IMG/VR virus record: IMGVR_UViG_3300020419_001132
Source: a virus
Lineage: Duplodnaviria; Caudoviricetes
DNA length: 64,000 nucleotides
Strand: one strand, 5' to 3'
The notes beneath the pieces were generated by a model. The model had not been told where the DNA came from and searched no databases. It saw only the letters and a program-made list of their open reading frames with translations. Positions 45,162-55,422 of this stretch are shown piece by piece. The position numbers and the translations under genes were made by a program. Within the stretch, counting starts at the first letter, position 1. Every line of letters starts with the position of its first letter.

Positions 45162-45171
45162 TACGTATTTA

Positions 45172-45348
45172 TTACATATTATTTTTCTTTTCTTGGACTT
45201 CCTTACGTCTTTCTTTTGTAAGTTTACCAAGATCTCCCAATGCTTTTCTAGCACGGGCCGCCGCCGCTTTAACACCTTTATCTTCAAATGTTTGTGATTC
45301 AGCAACGTAATTATTAAACGCCTGCACGATCTGTTCGTGTGTACTCAT
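45172..45348 (-). CDS. Histone H1-like (Hc1-like) small basic protein
   Basis: Manual 58 aa: MSTHEQIVQAFNNYVAESQTFEDKGVKAAAARARKALGDLGKLTKERRKEVQEKKNNM; SD AAGGAG. Confidence 0.7.
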   Translation of the reverse strand: MSTHEQIVQAFNNYVAESQTFEDKGVKAAAARARKALGDLGKLTKERRKEVQEKKNNM

Positions 45349-45389
45349 AATTGTCTCCTTTTGTATTGTAATTAGTAGGTTTATTTAGG

Positions 45390-45641
45390 TTAACTACCAT
45401 ATCCTGACCCATTGTAGCCAGTATCTTCGATATAACTTAGAAAGTCTTCAAATCCACCTACATTTTTGCCATGTACCTTTATTTGTGGGAAAGTCCTTGC
45501 TCCAGGAAACTTTTCCAACACTATTTCTCTTGTGAAGTCTTGATCAAGTTGATAATACTTGTATGCAAACTGTCGCATTTCACAATATTTTTTCGCGGCT
45601 GTACAACTTGCACAGAGTGTCTTGCCGTATATTTCAATCAT
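45390..45641 (-). CDS. grx: Glutaredoxin
   Basis: CASC active site, RTFPQI, VGGFEDF. Confidence 0.9.
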   Translation of the reverse strand: MIEIYGKTLCASCTAAKKYCEMRQFAYKYYQLDQDFTREIVLEKFPGARTFPQIKVHGKNVGGFEDFLSYIEDTGYNGSGYGS

Positions 45642-46741
45642 AAACTAAATCCTTTCAGTGCATCCTTGTCAACGTCTTGTTTAATGCCACCAACGATATA
45701 AGATTCAACTTCTGTTTCTTGCGGTGCAACTTGTAATCCAGAACTACTTAACCAATGTTGTGTCCAAGGTAAAGGATTTGTGTTTACTGGTTGCTCGAAG
45801 ATTGGTTTATAACCTAATGCTTTTAATCTTCTGTTTGCAATATATTCCACATATTGGTGAAGTAGTTCAGCATTTAGTCCTATCATAGATCCGTCTTTAA
45901 ACAAATACTCTGCCCAATCTTTTTCTTCTGCAACACATTCACGCCATAGGTTATATACATCTTCTTCACATTCTTTGGCGACTGTTGCCATAACAGGATC
46001 ATCTTTTGCGTTCGCCCAAAGTTTTAAAATGTGTGTGCTAAGTGCTAGGTGTTGAGCTTCGTCTCTTGCAATTAAAGAAATAATTTTAGCTGATCCTTCC
46101 ATTAACTTTAATTCTCCAAAACCAAATGTACATGCAAAACTTACATAGAAACGTAGTCCTTCTAATATGTTTACAGTCATCATAGCCAAGTAAAGTTTCT
46201 TTTTGACTTCTTTCATTGAGCCTTCTTTTAAATGGATCAGTGCATCAGCGGCTTCTGTAAATTCATCGTAATGTTTAGTAACACTCATTGCACGAGCAAT
46301 AATCTTCTCATCGTCTAAAATTGTATCAAATACTTCACTTGGATCAGGATATATATTTTTCATAATATGTGTATATGATCTACTATGGATAGTTTCAAAG
46401 AAATCCCAAGTTACTACACATCCTTCTAGTTCTGGTAAAGAAACATGTGGAAGAAAAGCTAAACATGGACCCCTGCCTTGAACACTATCAAGAAGTGTTT
46501 GGTATTTTAAATTTGCAGTAAAGATATGTTTTTGTTCAGGACGAAAGTTTTGATAGTCAGCACGATCTTTTTGTAAACTAACTTCTTCTGGTCTCCAAAA
46601 ATAACCTAACATTGTTTGATTAAGTTTATCAAACACAGGAAATTTAAATTGATCGTACCTTTGTGTATTCTGATCTGCTCCAAAAAACATATTCTGCTTT
46701 GTGAAGTCTACCTTGTCTCTATTGAAAACTGTTTTCGCCAT
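45638..46741 (-). CDS. nrdB: Ribonucleotide reductase class Ia beta subunit
   Basis: FWRPEEV, ETIHSRSY, EGLRFY, RDEAQH, QVAPQETE. Confidence 0.97.
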   Translation of the reverse strand: MAKTVFNRDKVDFTKQNMFFGADQNTQRYDQFKFPVFDKLNQTMLGYFWRPEEVSLQKDRADYQNFRPEQKHIFTANLKYQTLLDSVQGRGPCLAFLPHVSLPELEGCVVTWDFFETIHSRSYTHIMKNIYPDPSEVFDTILDDEKIIARAMSVTKHYDEFTEAADALIHLKEGSMKEVKKKLYLAMMTVNILEGLRFYVSFACTFGFGELKLMEGSAKIISLIARDEAQHLALSTHILKLWANAKDDPVMATVAKECEEDVYNLWRECVAEEKDWAEYLFKDGSMIGLNAELLHQYVEYIANRRLKALGYKPIFEQPVNTNPLPWTQHWLSSSGLQVAPQETEVESYIVGGIKQDVDKDALKGFSL

Positions 46742-46800
46742 CCGGTATTCCTTTATATCTTTATCTTGTTATGTTAACACGAATCAAATAGCCTGTCAAC

Positions 46801-49113
46801 CTAAATTGCACAGGCTTCGCAATATTCATCGTATTCCTCATCAGATCCTTTGAACTCTGATCTTTCTAAGGGTTCTTGTGTATTTTCTTCTACTTCGCTA
46901 GGGTCAGTCTTAAAATCATAAGTATTTTGATAATAGCTTGTTTTCCAACCTAGCTTATATGTAGTTAGCAAATCTTTCATCATTACACTCATAGGAACTT
47001 CATTGTCCTCATATTGAGTAGGATTGTAACTCCAGTTTCCTGATATTGCTTGATCAAAGAACTTCTGCATCACTGCAACTACATTGATATATCCCTCGTT
47101 ACTTGTCATTTCCCATAACAAAGTATAATCGTTCTTTAATGAATAATACTGTGGAACAATCTGCTTAAGAGGCCCTTTTTTGCTCTTTTTAATGGACAAG
47201 TATCCTCTAGGTGGTTCAATTCCGTTTGTGGCGTTCGACACAACGGAACTGCTCTCTGAAGGCATCTGTGCGGACAATGTGCTGTGCCGTAAACCGTGTA
47301 ACTGTATGTCCTTGCGAAGAGTATCCCAATCATATTTCAATTTATTCGGAACAATATCGTCCAAATCCTTCTTGTAAGTGTCTATAGGTAAAGTTCCCTC
47401 ACTGTATTTAGTGCGGTTAAAATATTCACATGGACCTCGTTCTTCTGCTAACTTGTTTGATGCTTTAAGAAGATAATATTGGAATGCTTCTGTTAAGTCA
47501 TGTACAAGTTTCCAAGCACTTTTATGTGAATATGAAACTTTATTCTTAGCCAAATAATGTGCTAATCCTATATATCCAATACCTAAACTTCTTCTTGCTT
47601 TAGTGGAAATTTCTGCGGCTTTAATAGGATATTTTTGATAATCAATAATCTCTTCTAATGCTCTAACAGCTAGTTCACATAATTCTTCTAAGTCATTTAA
47701 ATCTTTTATAATGCCAACATTGATAGCTGATAAAATACACAAAGCAATTTCACCTTCCTCGTCATCGATATGATTAAGTGGCTTAGTAGGCAATGTAATC
47801 TCTTGGCATAAATTACTCATATAAACAGTATCCTTAAAAGAACTGTGTGTATTGCAATGATCTACATTCATAATATAGATACGTCCTGTTTCAGCACGTT
47901 CTTTTATTAATGCACTAAAAAGTTCCATAGCGGGAATAGAACGTTTTTTGATTGAAGTGGCCCTTTCATATTTTTCATACAAAGTCTGGAATTCAACAGA
48001 GTCTCCAAAGTATGCTTCATACAAGCCTGGTACATCGTGTGGCGAGAATAAAGTTATGTCGCCTCCAGATAATAACCTTTCGTACATTGTTTTATTCAAC
48101 TGTATACTATAATCTAATTTTCTTACTCTGTTATCTTCTGTGCCTTTGTTATTTTTTAAAACAAGAATATCTTCAATTTCCTGATGCCAAAATGGAAAGT
48201 GTACAGTTGCACTTCCACCACGTACACCATTTTGTGTACAACATCTTACTGTTGCTTCGAACTTTTTTAGGAAGGGAACAATGCCTGTATGTGCTACTTC
48301 TCCTCCTCTTATCTTAGAGTTGACTCCTCTTAGTCTGCCTGAGTTAATTCCTATACCTGCTCTTTGTGCTGTGTATCTTCCGATCGACATGTCCGACGCG
48401 AAGATTGAGTCAAGAGTGTCGTCGCTATCAACAAGGACACAAGAGGCAAACTGCCTAACAGGAGTACGCACCCCAGCCATGACTGGCGTGGGTATGTTGA
48501 GTTTAAAAAGCGAGGTCGCATCGTAATATCTCCTTACATAATATAATCTATCCTCTTTTGGATAGTTGGCAAATAATGTTGCCGCTATCATCATATACAT
48601 AAATTGTGGAGTTTCAAAAAGATCTCCTGAACTTCTATCTTGGCACAGGTATTTGTCTACTACCTGTCGCAATCCTGCATATGTAAAATTTTCATCTCTT
48701 CTGTGTTTAATATAGCTATCCAGTGTTGCAAGTTCTTCAGAACTATATTTTTCAAGTATCTCTGGATCGTATACTCCACGTTCTATATTTAGATCAATTA
48801 TTTCTTTTAAGGGAATAGTTTTGTATTCTCCAAATATATCTTTGTATGTTCCGTATAATAATAATCTTGCCGCGGCATATTGGTAGTTTGGGTTTTCTAA
48901 TGATATAAGATCATTAGCACTTCTAATTAAAATTTCTTGTATTTCGCTACTGCTCATTTCATCGTAAAACTGAATATTAGCGTTCATTTCTATTTGACTT
49001 GCACTTACTCCTGCTAATCCTTCGCAGGCAAACATTACTACCTTGTGCATTTTGTCTATATTCAGAGCTTCTTTTGTACCGTCACGTTTGACGATAAGTG
49101 TTCCATTTGTCAT
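46801..49113 (-). CDS. nrdA: Ribonucleotide reductase class Ia alpha subunit
   Basis: ATP cone, FASCVL, SNLCQEI, QMPSESSS, C-terminal CEAC; no intein evident. Confidence 0.97.
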   Translation of the reverse strand: MTNGTLIVKRDGTKEALNIDKMHKVVMFACEGLAGVSASQIEMNANIQFYDEMSSSEIQEILIRSANDLISLENPNYQYAAARLLLYGTYKDIFGEYKTIPLKEIIDLNIERGVYDPEILEKYSSEELATLDSYIKHRRDENFTYAGLRQVVDKYLCQDRSSGDLFETPQFMYMMIAATLFANYPKEDRLYYVRRYYDATSLFKLNIPTPVMAGVRTPVRQFASCVLVDSDDTLDSIFASDMSIGRYTAQRAGIGINSGRLRGVNSKIRGGEVAHTGIVPFLKKFEATVRCCTQNGVRGGSATVHFPFWHQEIEDILVLKNNKGTEDNRVRKLDYSIQLNKTMYERLLSGGDITLFSPHDVPGLYEAYFGDSVEFQTLYEKYERATSIKKRSIPAMELFSALIKERAETGRIYIMNVDHCNTHSSFKDTVYMSNLCQEITLPTKPLNHIDDEEGEIALCILSAINVGIIKDLNDLEELCELAVRALEEIIDYQKYPIKAAEISTKARRSLGIGYIGLAHYLAKNKVSYSHKSAWKLVHDLTEAFQYYLLKASNKLAEERGPCEYFNRTKYSEGTLPIDTYKKDLDDIVPNKLKYDWDTLRKDIQLHGLRHSTLSAQMPSESSSVVSNATNGIEPPRGYLSIKKSKKGPLKQIVPQYYSLKNDYTLLWEMTSNEGYINVVAVMQKFFDQAISGNWSYNPTQYEDNEVPMSVMMKDLLTTYKLGWKTSYYQNTYDFKTDPSEVEENTQEPLERSEFKGSDEEYDEYCEACAI

Positions 49114-49136
49114 TCTTTTACCTCATTGTTCTGTAT

Positions 49137-49568
49137 TTATTGTAGTCGCGGCATCGGGTACATTTGTTGTGAGTAAATATTTTTGGGGAGTTCATATTTG
49201 CTTATAACCTTTCCGTCTTCATACCCGATAATGGAGTCGTTGTCTACTAGGATATAGTAGTGTGTTGAACTGTTTATATTGTCTTTTGCTATATGTATCT
49301 CAAAACTGGACCTAGAAAAACGTTCAGTTAACTGTAAAGTATAACACATACCTAGCACAATGCAGAACGAACAGTATTGGTTTTCATTTATTAACTCCCA
49401 TGGACCAGGCCACACTTTTTGATTCCAAGGATCAGTATTAATACTAACTCTTGGGGCTTTATCATAGTATGCCAAAACATCTAAAAAAGGAGTATCGGAG
49501 GACTCTAAAGTTAATCTAAACTTAGCCCAATGCGATAATCTATCTTCAAACCTACCCAAGTAAAACAT
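49137..49568 (-). CDS. Hypothetical protein
   Basis: 143 aa; WPGPWELINENQYC motif. Confidence 0.7.
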   Translation of the reverse strand: MFYLGRFEDRLSHWAKFRLTLESSDTPFLDVLAYYDKAPRVSINTDPWNQKVWPGPWELINENQYCSFCIVLGMCYTLQLTERFSRSSFEIHIAKDNINSSTHYYILVDNDSIIGYEDGKVISKYELPKNIYSQQMYPMPRLQ

Positions 49569-51226
49569 TAAGCAATGTTAGACTTTACTACCTTCACTGT
49601 GAATCTTATTGTTGTTGTGTCGTTGCTTGGCATATTACTTATTACTGTAACACCAATTGAGTCATTTGTCAAGTCTGAATTTTCATCTAAGATTGCGGCC
49701 GTAAAAGAAATGCTATCTTCATAGGTTACATCTCCAGAAAAATCATAGTCGTCTGTTATATTTAAACTAGCAGTTGCTCTAGGTTCCTGACTTATTTTTA
49801 TTTGTCCTACCCTTTGCATTTCATAATTTGCACTTACCATATGATAATCTATTATAAAGCTCTGATGTGCAAATCCTGGTAACTTAAATAATCTAGTACC
49901 TGGACTTGTTGCTTGTCCAAATGATAAAGAATGATGAAAACCTGAAGTGTAATCGACAACTCCGTCAATTTCAGGAACATATGCTTTGCCATATAAATTA
50001 CTTGCATCATATGATAACGCCTTTGTTCTAGAAAAGTAGTCGCCAACACTTTGGTTTGCATTTTTATTATATTTTATTATTGAATATACTGCCTGTGCTT
50101 CTGTTCCGCCTTCATTGCCTACTGATTCAAAACTGTTATTTTTACTTGTATTTTCAATTCCGTTTTCAATCCATATTCCGTATCTGTTTATATCATAAAA
50201 TTTTGAATTTGTTATTATATTATTACTTGGTCCTTTTTCTCTACCTTGTGAGGCAGAACCTAATACCATATCAACTCCAAAGTTTATACCGTTTCCTAAT
50301 ATCTCAAAATTACACTTGTCAAAGATAGTATGGTTAATATCAAAGTTACTCATTACTCCATATCCCCATTTTGTAACTTTACAGTTTATAAATTTATTAT
50401 TACTACTTTCGACTGACCCACTTAATGAATCTATTTGTAATCCTACATTAGAATCAAATGATGTAGGTATGGTATCACCTGATGACCAAGTTCCTACAAT
50501 ATCAATATTTTCAAATACACTATCTCTACAACTTACTAAGTTTAACCCCATGTGTCCAGTAGTGCTTTCTAGTGTCAAATCACTTATTCTAATACTTCTT
50601 GCTTGATTATTAAATGTACTACTGCTATCAGCCGCAGGTGTCCCTGGAGAACTGCTGTCGTTAACAGTTTGTAATATTGCGGCAGAAGCTGATGATTTAA
50701 TTACAGTCTTATCCGGCCCTGCACCTTTTATAGTTGCATTTGGTGGAATATATACTGTACCGTCTATGCTGTAAATTCCTGCTTCAAGGTGTAATACAAC
50801 TCTACTTTTTTCACTGCCTTTTGTTGCAGAGTTGAGATATAGTTGATCAATAGCTCGTTGTAAAGAAACTTTTGCCGCCTGGCTTGAATCGCCTGTGACT
50901 CCAAAAGCTCTGACACTTACCCTATCATCCAATCTATTTTGTAATGTTCTCTGTACAGGACTAACTGATGTACTTCCTGTCTGTATATATGCGTCATCTG
51001 CCTTGTAAGCATAGCTATTTGCGAGAGCAAAAATGTCATCGTACTGTGTTAATAGTTTCGTATTACCCACAGCTGGTGCACCTTCACTTACTGCACCATT
51101 ACCTATGTACATTTCTCTAGTATCAATCGCCCATCCCAGTTCTCCACTAGCTAATTGTGGTAATCCAGACCCTTGGTTTTTCTGTCCGCGTCTAACTTGA
51201 ATGCGTGATATTTGTACTACAGCCAT
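49568..51226 (-). CDS. Tailspike-like protein (Mtd-like N-terminus plus pectate-lyase-type beta helix)
   Basis: ISRIQVRRG...LASGELGWAIDTREMYIGNG; VSVRAFGVTGD...LQRAID...LEAGIY. Confidence 0.8.
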   Translation of the reverse strand: MAVVQISRIQVRRGQKNQGSGLPQLASGELGWAIDTREMYIGNGAVSEGAPAVGNTKLLTQYDDIFALANSYAYKADDAYIQTGSTSVSPVQRTLQNRLDDRVSVRAFGVTGDSSQAAKVSLQRAIDQLYLNSATKGSEKSRVVLHLEAGIYSIDGTVYIPPNATIKGAGPDKTVIKSSASAAILQTVNDSSSPGTPAADSSSTFNNQARSIRISDLTLESTTGHMGLNLVSCRDSVFENIDIVGTWSSGDTIPTSFDSNVGLQIDSLSGSVESSNNKFINCKVTKWGYGVMSNFDINHTIFDKCNFEILGNGINFGVDMVLGSASQGREKGPSNNIITNSKFYDINRYGIWIENGIENTSKNNSFESVGNEGGTEAQAVYSIIKYNKNANQSVGDYFSRTKALSYDASNLYGKAYVPEIDGVVDYTSGFHHSLSFGQATSPGTRLFKLPGFAHQSFIIDYHMVSANYEMQRVGQIKISQEPRATASLNITDDYDFSGDVTYEDSISFTAAILDENSDLTNDSIGVTVISNMPSNDTTTIRFTVKVVKSNIA

Positions 51227-51253
51227 AATTGCTCCTATCTAATTCAATAGTAT

Positions 51254-51937
51254 TTATGCCGTATGCTTCTCATAGTATGTGTACAGTCTCTTGTACCATT
51301 CTTGTTGCCACTCCTCATATTCGTGTGGCCATAGATCAAATTGTTGATATTGCAAATCTCTACTACACATGAATACGTGTCCTTCACGTATTTCTGTGCC
51401 GTATATTTCGTTGTGTGCTTCTGCATATGCTACTAATTGTAGATAATAATCTATTACCCATTCTTCTTTTTTAGGTTTATTGGTTTGTTTGAAATCCATT
51501 ATACAAGCATTACCTTTGTATTGTCCTACTAAATCCGTAGTGCCTGCATACATCTGTGGCATATATAAATTTACTTCACTACCCCATATTTCGTCAACAT
51601 CTACAAGAGCTTGATCCCTAACTTGTTCAGCCATCTTATGTGCTTGTTGGGCATAAGGATTGGAGCCAGGTGTAGGCCATTCACCTGTTTCTACATAATC
51701 TTCTAGATACTTGTGCATACGTGTTCCCACACTGGATGCTTCTGTAACTATCTCCTGTGCTTTTTGCTCGCCAACTCTTTTTCTCCAAGCAATAAGATGT
51801 GTTTTATCTTTGGTTGCATCTAATATGGTTGTTACACTCGCAACTGAATTCCCGTCAGGAGTCAGATACTTACGCCTACCATCTATGCTTTTTCTCTCAA
51901 TAGGAGTGTATTTGTGTTTTTCAATAATTAGGGTCAT
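51254..51937 (-). CDS. PD-(D/E)xK exonuclease
   Basis: ASVTTIL, GTRMHKYLE, GSE, YAGTTDL, IMDFKQT, YYLQLVAY; start MTLII. Confidence 0.88.
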   Translation of the reverse strand: MTLIIEKHKYTPIERKSIDGRRKYLTPDGNSVASVTTILDATKDKTHLIAWRKRVGEQKAQEIVTEASSVGTRMHKYLEDYVETGEWPTPGSNPYAQQAHKMAEQVRDQALVDVDEIWGSEVNLYMPQMYAGTTDLVGQYKGNACIMDFKQTNKPKKEEWVIDYYLQLVAYAEAHNEIYGTEIREGHVFMCSRDLQYQQFDLWPHEYEEWQQEWYKRLYTYYEKHTA

Positions 51938-52241
51938 CAGGAAAGTCCATGTAAGGGTTATGTGTGTAATAAGGATCAACGTTTGAATTTGGGTCGTCTT
52001 CTGCTGAAATTGATTGCACTTCAGGAACATAATGTTTTATCATGTTTTCGACACCCAGCTTCAAAGTGATTGTACTACTTGCACATCCACTACATGCTCC
52101 ACCTAATATTAAATTAAGATGTCCGTCTTTGTAATCAACAAAGTCAATTACACCACCGTGACTTGCTACAGCCGGTTTGACATTGTCTTCAATTAGTACT
52201 TTAATTTGTTCGATAATTTCTTCATCAGTTCTATCAGTCAT
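51921..52241 (-). CDS. nfuA: Nfu/NifU C-terminal domain Fe-S protein
   Basis: VKPAVASHGG...GACSGCASSTITLKLGVE. Confidence 0.9.
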   Translation of the reverse strand: MTDRTDEEIIEQIKVLIEDNVKPAVASHGGVIDFVDYKDGHLNLILGGACSGCASSTITLKLGVENMIKHYVPEVQSISAEDDPNSNVDPYYTHNPYMDFPDDPNY

Positions 52242-52292
52242 AGAAAACCTCCATATATCAACATGTTACACTATTTTTAGTTATATGTCAAG

Positions 52293-52679
52293 TTATAATT
52301 TGTCACCAAGATCGGTAGCACTCTTTGCCATCTGCCCTACAGTCTTACCTTGTGCGTCTTGTTGGGGAGTACCTGTTTCGGTGTCTTGTTTGGTCTTTGG
52401 TTCAACTCCGTCAGAGTTAAAGTTCTTTACCATTGTTTTAATACGGGGGTCTGTATCGTAGGCGGCTTTGAAAGTTCCATAGTCGAACATTTCACCGCCT
52501 ACATTTTGCATAATTTTGTTTAAGTTAAGGTTCTTTGCGCCTTGTTTTATTGCGTCTTTTGATTTTGGTTTTTGGAAATGTAAAAATAAAGGTGTGCCTT
52601 TTCTGTCTGCACTTGATATCAACGTCCTAAGTACCTGTACAAGTACAGAACTTTCCTGCGTTACTTCATTAATTTTCAC
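52293..52679 (-). CDS. Putative head protein, possibly a -1 frameshift extension of the upstream gene
   Basis: GTG start in a GTGA overlap directly after an A8 run, no SD. Confidence 0.7.
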   Translation of the reverse strand: MKINEVTQESSVLVQVLRTLISSADRKGTPLFLHFQKPKSKDAIKQGAKNLNLNKIMQNVGGEMFDYGTFKAAYDTDPRIKTMVKNFNSDGVEPKTKQDTETGTPQQDAQGKTVGQMAKSATDLGDKL

Positions 52680-53959
52680 TTTTTTTTCGAACTGAGAATC
52701 TGTCCTAGTCTAACTGAACGCTGTATTGATTCTCTTTTAGCACGGCCTGCTTCTTCTTCTCCACCTGCGGCTGGTTCTGCGGCTCCAAAGTCATCTTCTG
52801 GTTCCGCCATTGGTTCTTCAGCATCCATTCCTGCATCCATTCCTGGTGCTTCTGCTCCCATATCTACAGCAGGTTCTTCTTCGCCTGTTAGTTTGGCTAC
52901 GCCACTAGTAAGTGATGCTCTTGTTGCCTCTAGTGATTGGTAAAGTGATTCTAGTCCTGGTTTTACAGTTTGAATATATGTTTCAGATTGTGCCTGACCC
53001 ATCTCGTCACGTATTGCATCGCCTAGTTCTAGCATTGATTCTGCCTGCATTTCTGCTGTGTCTTCCATCCACGAAGTAACTCTGTCTACCATGTCCTTCG
53101 CGGCCATAACTATTTCAGCTTTGTCTTCTTCGCCTTCAAGAAGATGTTTAAAATAGTTCTCAATAATTGCTTTGCCTTCGTCCTTAAGAACGGAGTCGTC
53201 CATTTGATACCTAGGCTTAGCCTCTCCTTTACCTGCTAAGTTTTTCCTAAGACACTTTTTACCATCTGGCGATAATTCCCATCCTGATGGGCATTTACCT
53301 TTATTTGGTACTGGTGAAATACCTTCTTTCATCTTTCTGCTTTTTGTTTTCTTAGAAGCATGTTTATGTCCTTCTGAAACAATATCAGTAGCTTCTGCAA
53401 TTGGTACATTTCTAACAATATATCTCTTGCCATTTTTTACAACTTTAACATCATAATGTGTAACTGTGCCATCTTCTAACAATGTGTGTTGTCCTGGAAT
53501 ACACTTGCACTCTCCTAACTTAGGATGTTTGAATGACTTTGCACAATCGTGATAAATTCCATCGCCTTCGTTTGCTTTTTTGTTCTTGCCTTTTACCTTG
53601 GCAATGGCTTCTGGCTTACTCATACCACTTGCCATCATTCTAGCAATTTTTACATCGTCAAAATCGTTGTCGCCATCATTGTCTTGATCTTCTTTTTCGT
53701 CTATTTCCCCACGCTCCGCTATTGCAGTATTTAAAACATCAAGGAAGAGTTTGTTTTTTTGATAATTTGAATCTTTAAGAACGGAGTCGTAACTTTCGTT
53801 TGTCTCAAACTGGCTTAGTTTTGTTCTAATCTTATTACGTGCATCCTGCAACTGTTCTAGTGTGAATGCATCTACTTTAATAGTCTGTCCAAACTTCTTG
53901 GAAAGGTTTTCATTTAATGCTTCTACCGTATTAGGTTTTGAAATTTCTTGTAGCTTCAT
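52676..53959 (-). CDS. Putative prohead core/scaffold-like acidic protein
   Basis: MKLQEI N-terminus, coiled coils, many I/L-x-E sites, acidic C-terminus ending SKKK. Confidence 0.6.
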   Translation of the reverse strand: MKLQEISKPNTVEALNENLSKKFGQTIKVDAFTLEQLQDARNKIRTKLSQFETNESYDSVLKDSNYQKNKLFLDVLNTAIAERGEIDEKEDQDNDGDNDFDDVKIARMMASGMSKPEAIAKVKGKNKKANEGDGIYHDCAKSFKHPKLGECKCIPGQHTLLEDGTVTHYDVKVVKNGKRYIVRNVPIAEATDIVSEGHKHASKKTKSRKMKEGISPVPNKGKCPSGWELSPDGKKCLRKNLAGKGEAKPRYQMDDSVLKDEGKAIIENYFKHLLEGEEDKAEIVMAAKDMVDRVTSWMEDTAEMQAESMLELGDAIRDEMGQAQSETYIQTVKPGLESLYQSLEATRASLTSGVAKLTGEEEPAVDMGAEAPGMDAGMDAEEPMAEPEDDFGAAEPAAGGEEEAGRAKRESIQRSVRLGQILSSKKK

Positions 53960-53992
53960 AATTCTCTTCCTATTGTGTTATATTTATTTATC

Positions 53993-54415
53993 TTAATCCA
54001 AAAATAACATAGACATCAGTTGACTCTTGGCATTATAGATTTCAGTTGTAGCAATGTCTAGCCTAGTCTCTGTTGTAAGTCTTTTTGTAGCATCTTTGGT
54101 TATTTTCATAGTATGCTTGTAAAATGTACTATCATTTTCGTATTTTCTAACAATCTGATCTAATCTAAGCACTTCTGATTGATTCTTTCTGTTTTCTTGC
54201 CATCCTTTTACTAGTGCTAATGCGGCACTTTTACTATGTGTGCTGTTTAGTTTTTTATTTATTTCACAATCGTATATCAAAAATCCGCTTTTGTTTTCTC
54301 TAATTACATATTTTCCAATACGGATACTATTACCCTTTTGGTGGGGTATTAAATCTAGATACCTAGGATCGTTTAATAGTTCTTCTAGGTGAAGTAGGGC
54401 TTGTTCATGTAGCAT
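53993..54415 (-). CDS. Hypothetical protein
   Basis: 140 aa within the head gene block. Confidence 0.7.
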   Translation of the reverse strand: MLHEQALLHLEELLNDPRYLDLIPHQKGNSIRIGKYVIRENKSGFLIYDCEINKKLNSTHSKSAALALVKGWQENRKNQSEVLRLDQIVRKYENDSTFYKHTMKITKDATKRLTTETRLDIATTEIYNAKSQLMSMLFLD

Positions 54416-54614
54416 TCTTTTTTACCAAAAAAGAGTTGTGTTCGTTTCCTATCTTACTTACTAAACTTTTGCGTATTAGATTGTCTAAAATGAATTGCTG
54501 TCTCTCGGTGTACGAATTATACGATTGCGAGGTAGACGGCATCTTCTTTAAGAAAACTTCCTCTTCATTGGTAGTAAAAATTGTAAAATCACTTATGATT
54601 TCATTTAATTTCAT
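54405..54614 (-). CDS. Small putative head protein
   Basis: MKLNEII N-terminus. Confidence 0.65.
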   Translation of the reverse strand: MKLNEIISDFTIFTTNEEEVFLKKMPSTSQSYNSYTERQQFILDNLIRKSLVSKIGNEHNSFLVKKNAT

Positions 54615-55015
54615 TACATGGGTCCTGCGACTTTAACTTTTGCCCCTGGCATAAGTTTGTCTGCTACTTGCCCTTTAGATTTGGGATCTAGTTTGAATCC
54701 TTTTCCAGTTGGATCATCTGGGTCTGGTTGTATCATTCCTGGTTTGTTTGGATCTTTAGGAACGATTGTTTGAACTTTGGTTTTAGGATCAATAAGCGTA
54801 ACCTGCCTATCATCCGCATTGACTACATTAAGTTCCTGCTGTTCTTCAAGCTCTGATTTTTTTGGCTTATCATGGGTCCAACCTTTTTTTGCTAGGTCTA
54901 GGTGATCCTGTTCAACTTTTGCCATTTTACTTTTACCAGTCTTAGGATCATACATTAGATGTGGTTTGAACTTTTCGTCCTTTTTGGAGTCAGTTATAAT
55001 TTCGTGATATCTCAT
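54614..55015 (-). CDS. Putative head-internal protein
   Basis: MRYHEIITD N-terminus; Lys/Pro/Asp-rich. Confidence 0.65.
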   Translation of the reverse strand: MRYHEIITDSKKDEKFKPHLMYDPKTGKSKMAKVEQDHLDLAKKGWTHDKPKKSELEEQQELNVVNADDRQVTLIDPKTKVQTIVPKDPNKPGMIQPDPDDPTGKGFKLDPKSKGQVADKLMPGAKVKVAGPM

Positions 55016-55422
55016 TTGAACTTTTTCCTTCCGAATGGTGTTTTCTTTGGCTTGTTAAGTCTTGGTAACCTCATACTAGCAGGATTTGTTCTCCTAGTAA
55101 TTTTAGCTTGGTTTGCCATTGTTCCGCCTCGTTTCTTTTTCAGTGTGCTTAATCCAACACTCTTTTTTACATTTATTGGAGCATTACATGCCGCCGGACT
55201 ACTCATTACACGACCTTTTCGATGTCCGTGTGTGCATCTATACTTTCGTGTTTGCTTTCCTCCAGTCCGTGACCAAACTCTTGCTACTTCTTTAACTAGT
55301 TCACCATCTGGCATAACACTATAACCATCTGGAATAGGTTTGCACATACCTGAAGTCCTACAATAGTATTCTCCATCTTTGCATTGAGTTTCTCTTTCTA
55401 TTATAAGTTCACGTAAATTCAT
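55012..55422 (-). CDS. Highly basic putative core protein (paralog B)
   Basis: MNLRELIIE; RKYRCTHGHRKGRV...AACNAP. Confidence 0.7.
   Translation of the reverse strand: MNLRELIIERETQCKDGEYYCRTSGMCKPIPDGYSVMPDGELVKEVARVWSRTGGKQTRKYRCTHGHRKGRVMSSPAACNAPINVKKSVGLSTLKKKRGGTMANQAKITRRTNPASMRLPRLNKPKKTPFGRKKFK

Noticed and set aside
45638-49113. Intein or intron in nrdA/nrdB
   Set aside because: Lengths of 770 and 367 aa are normal; no splicing or homing-endonuclease motifs.
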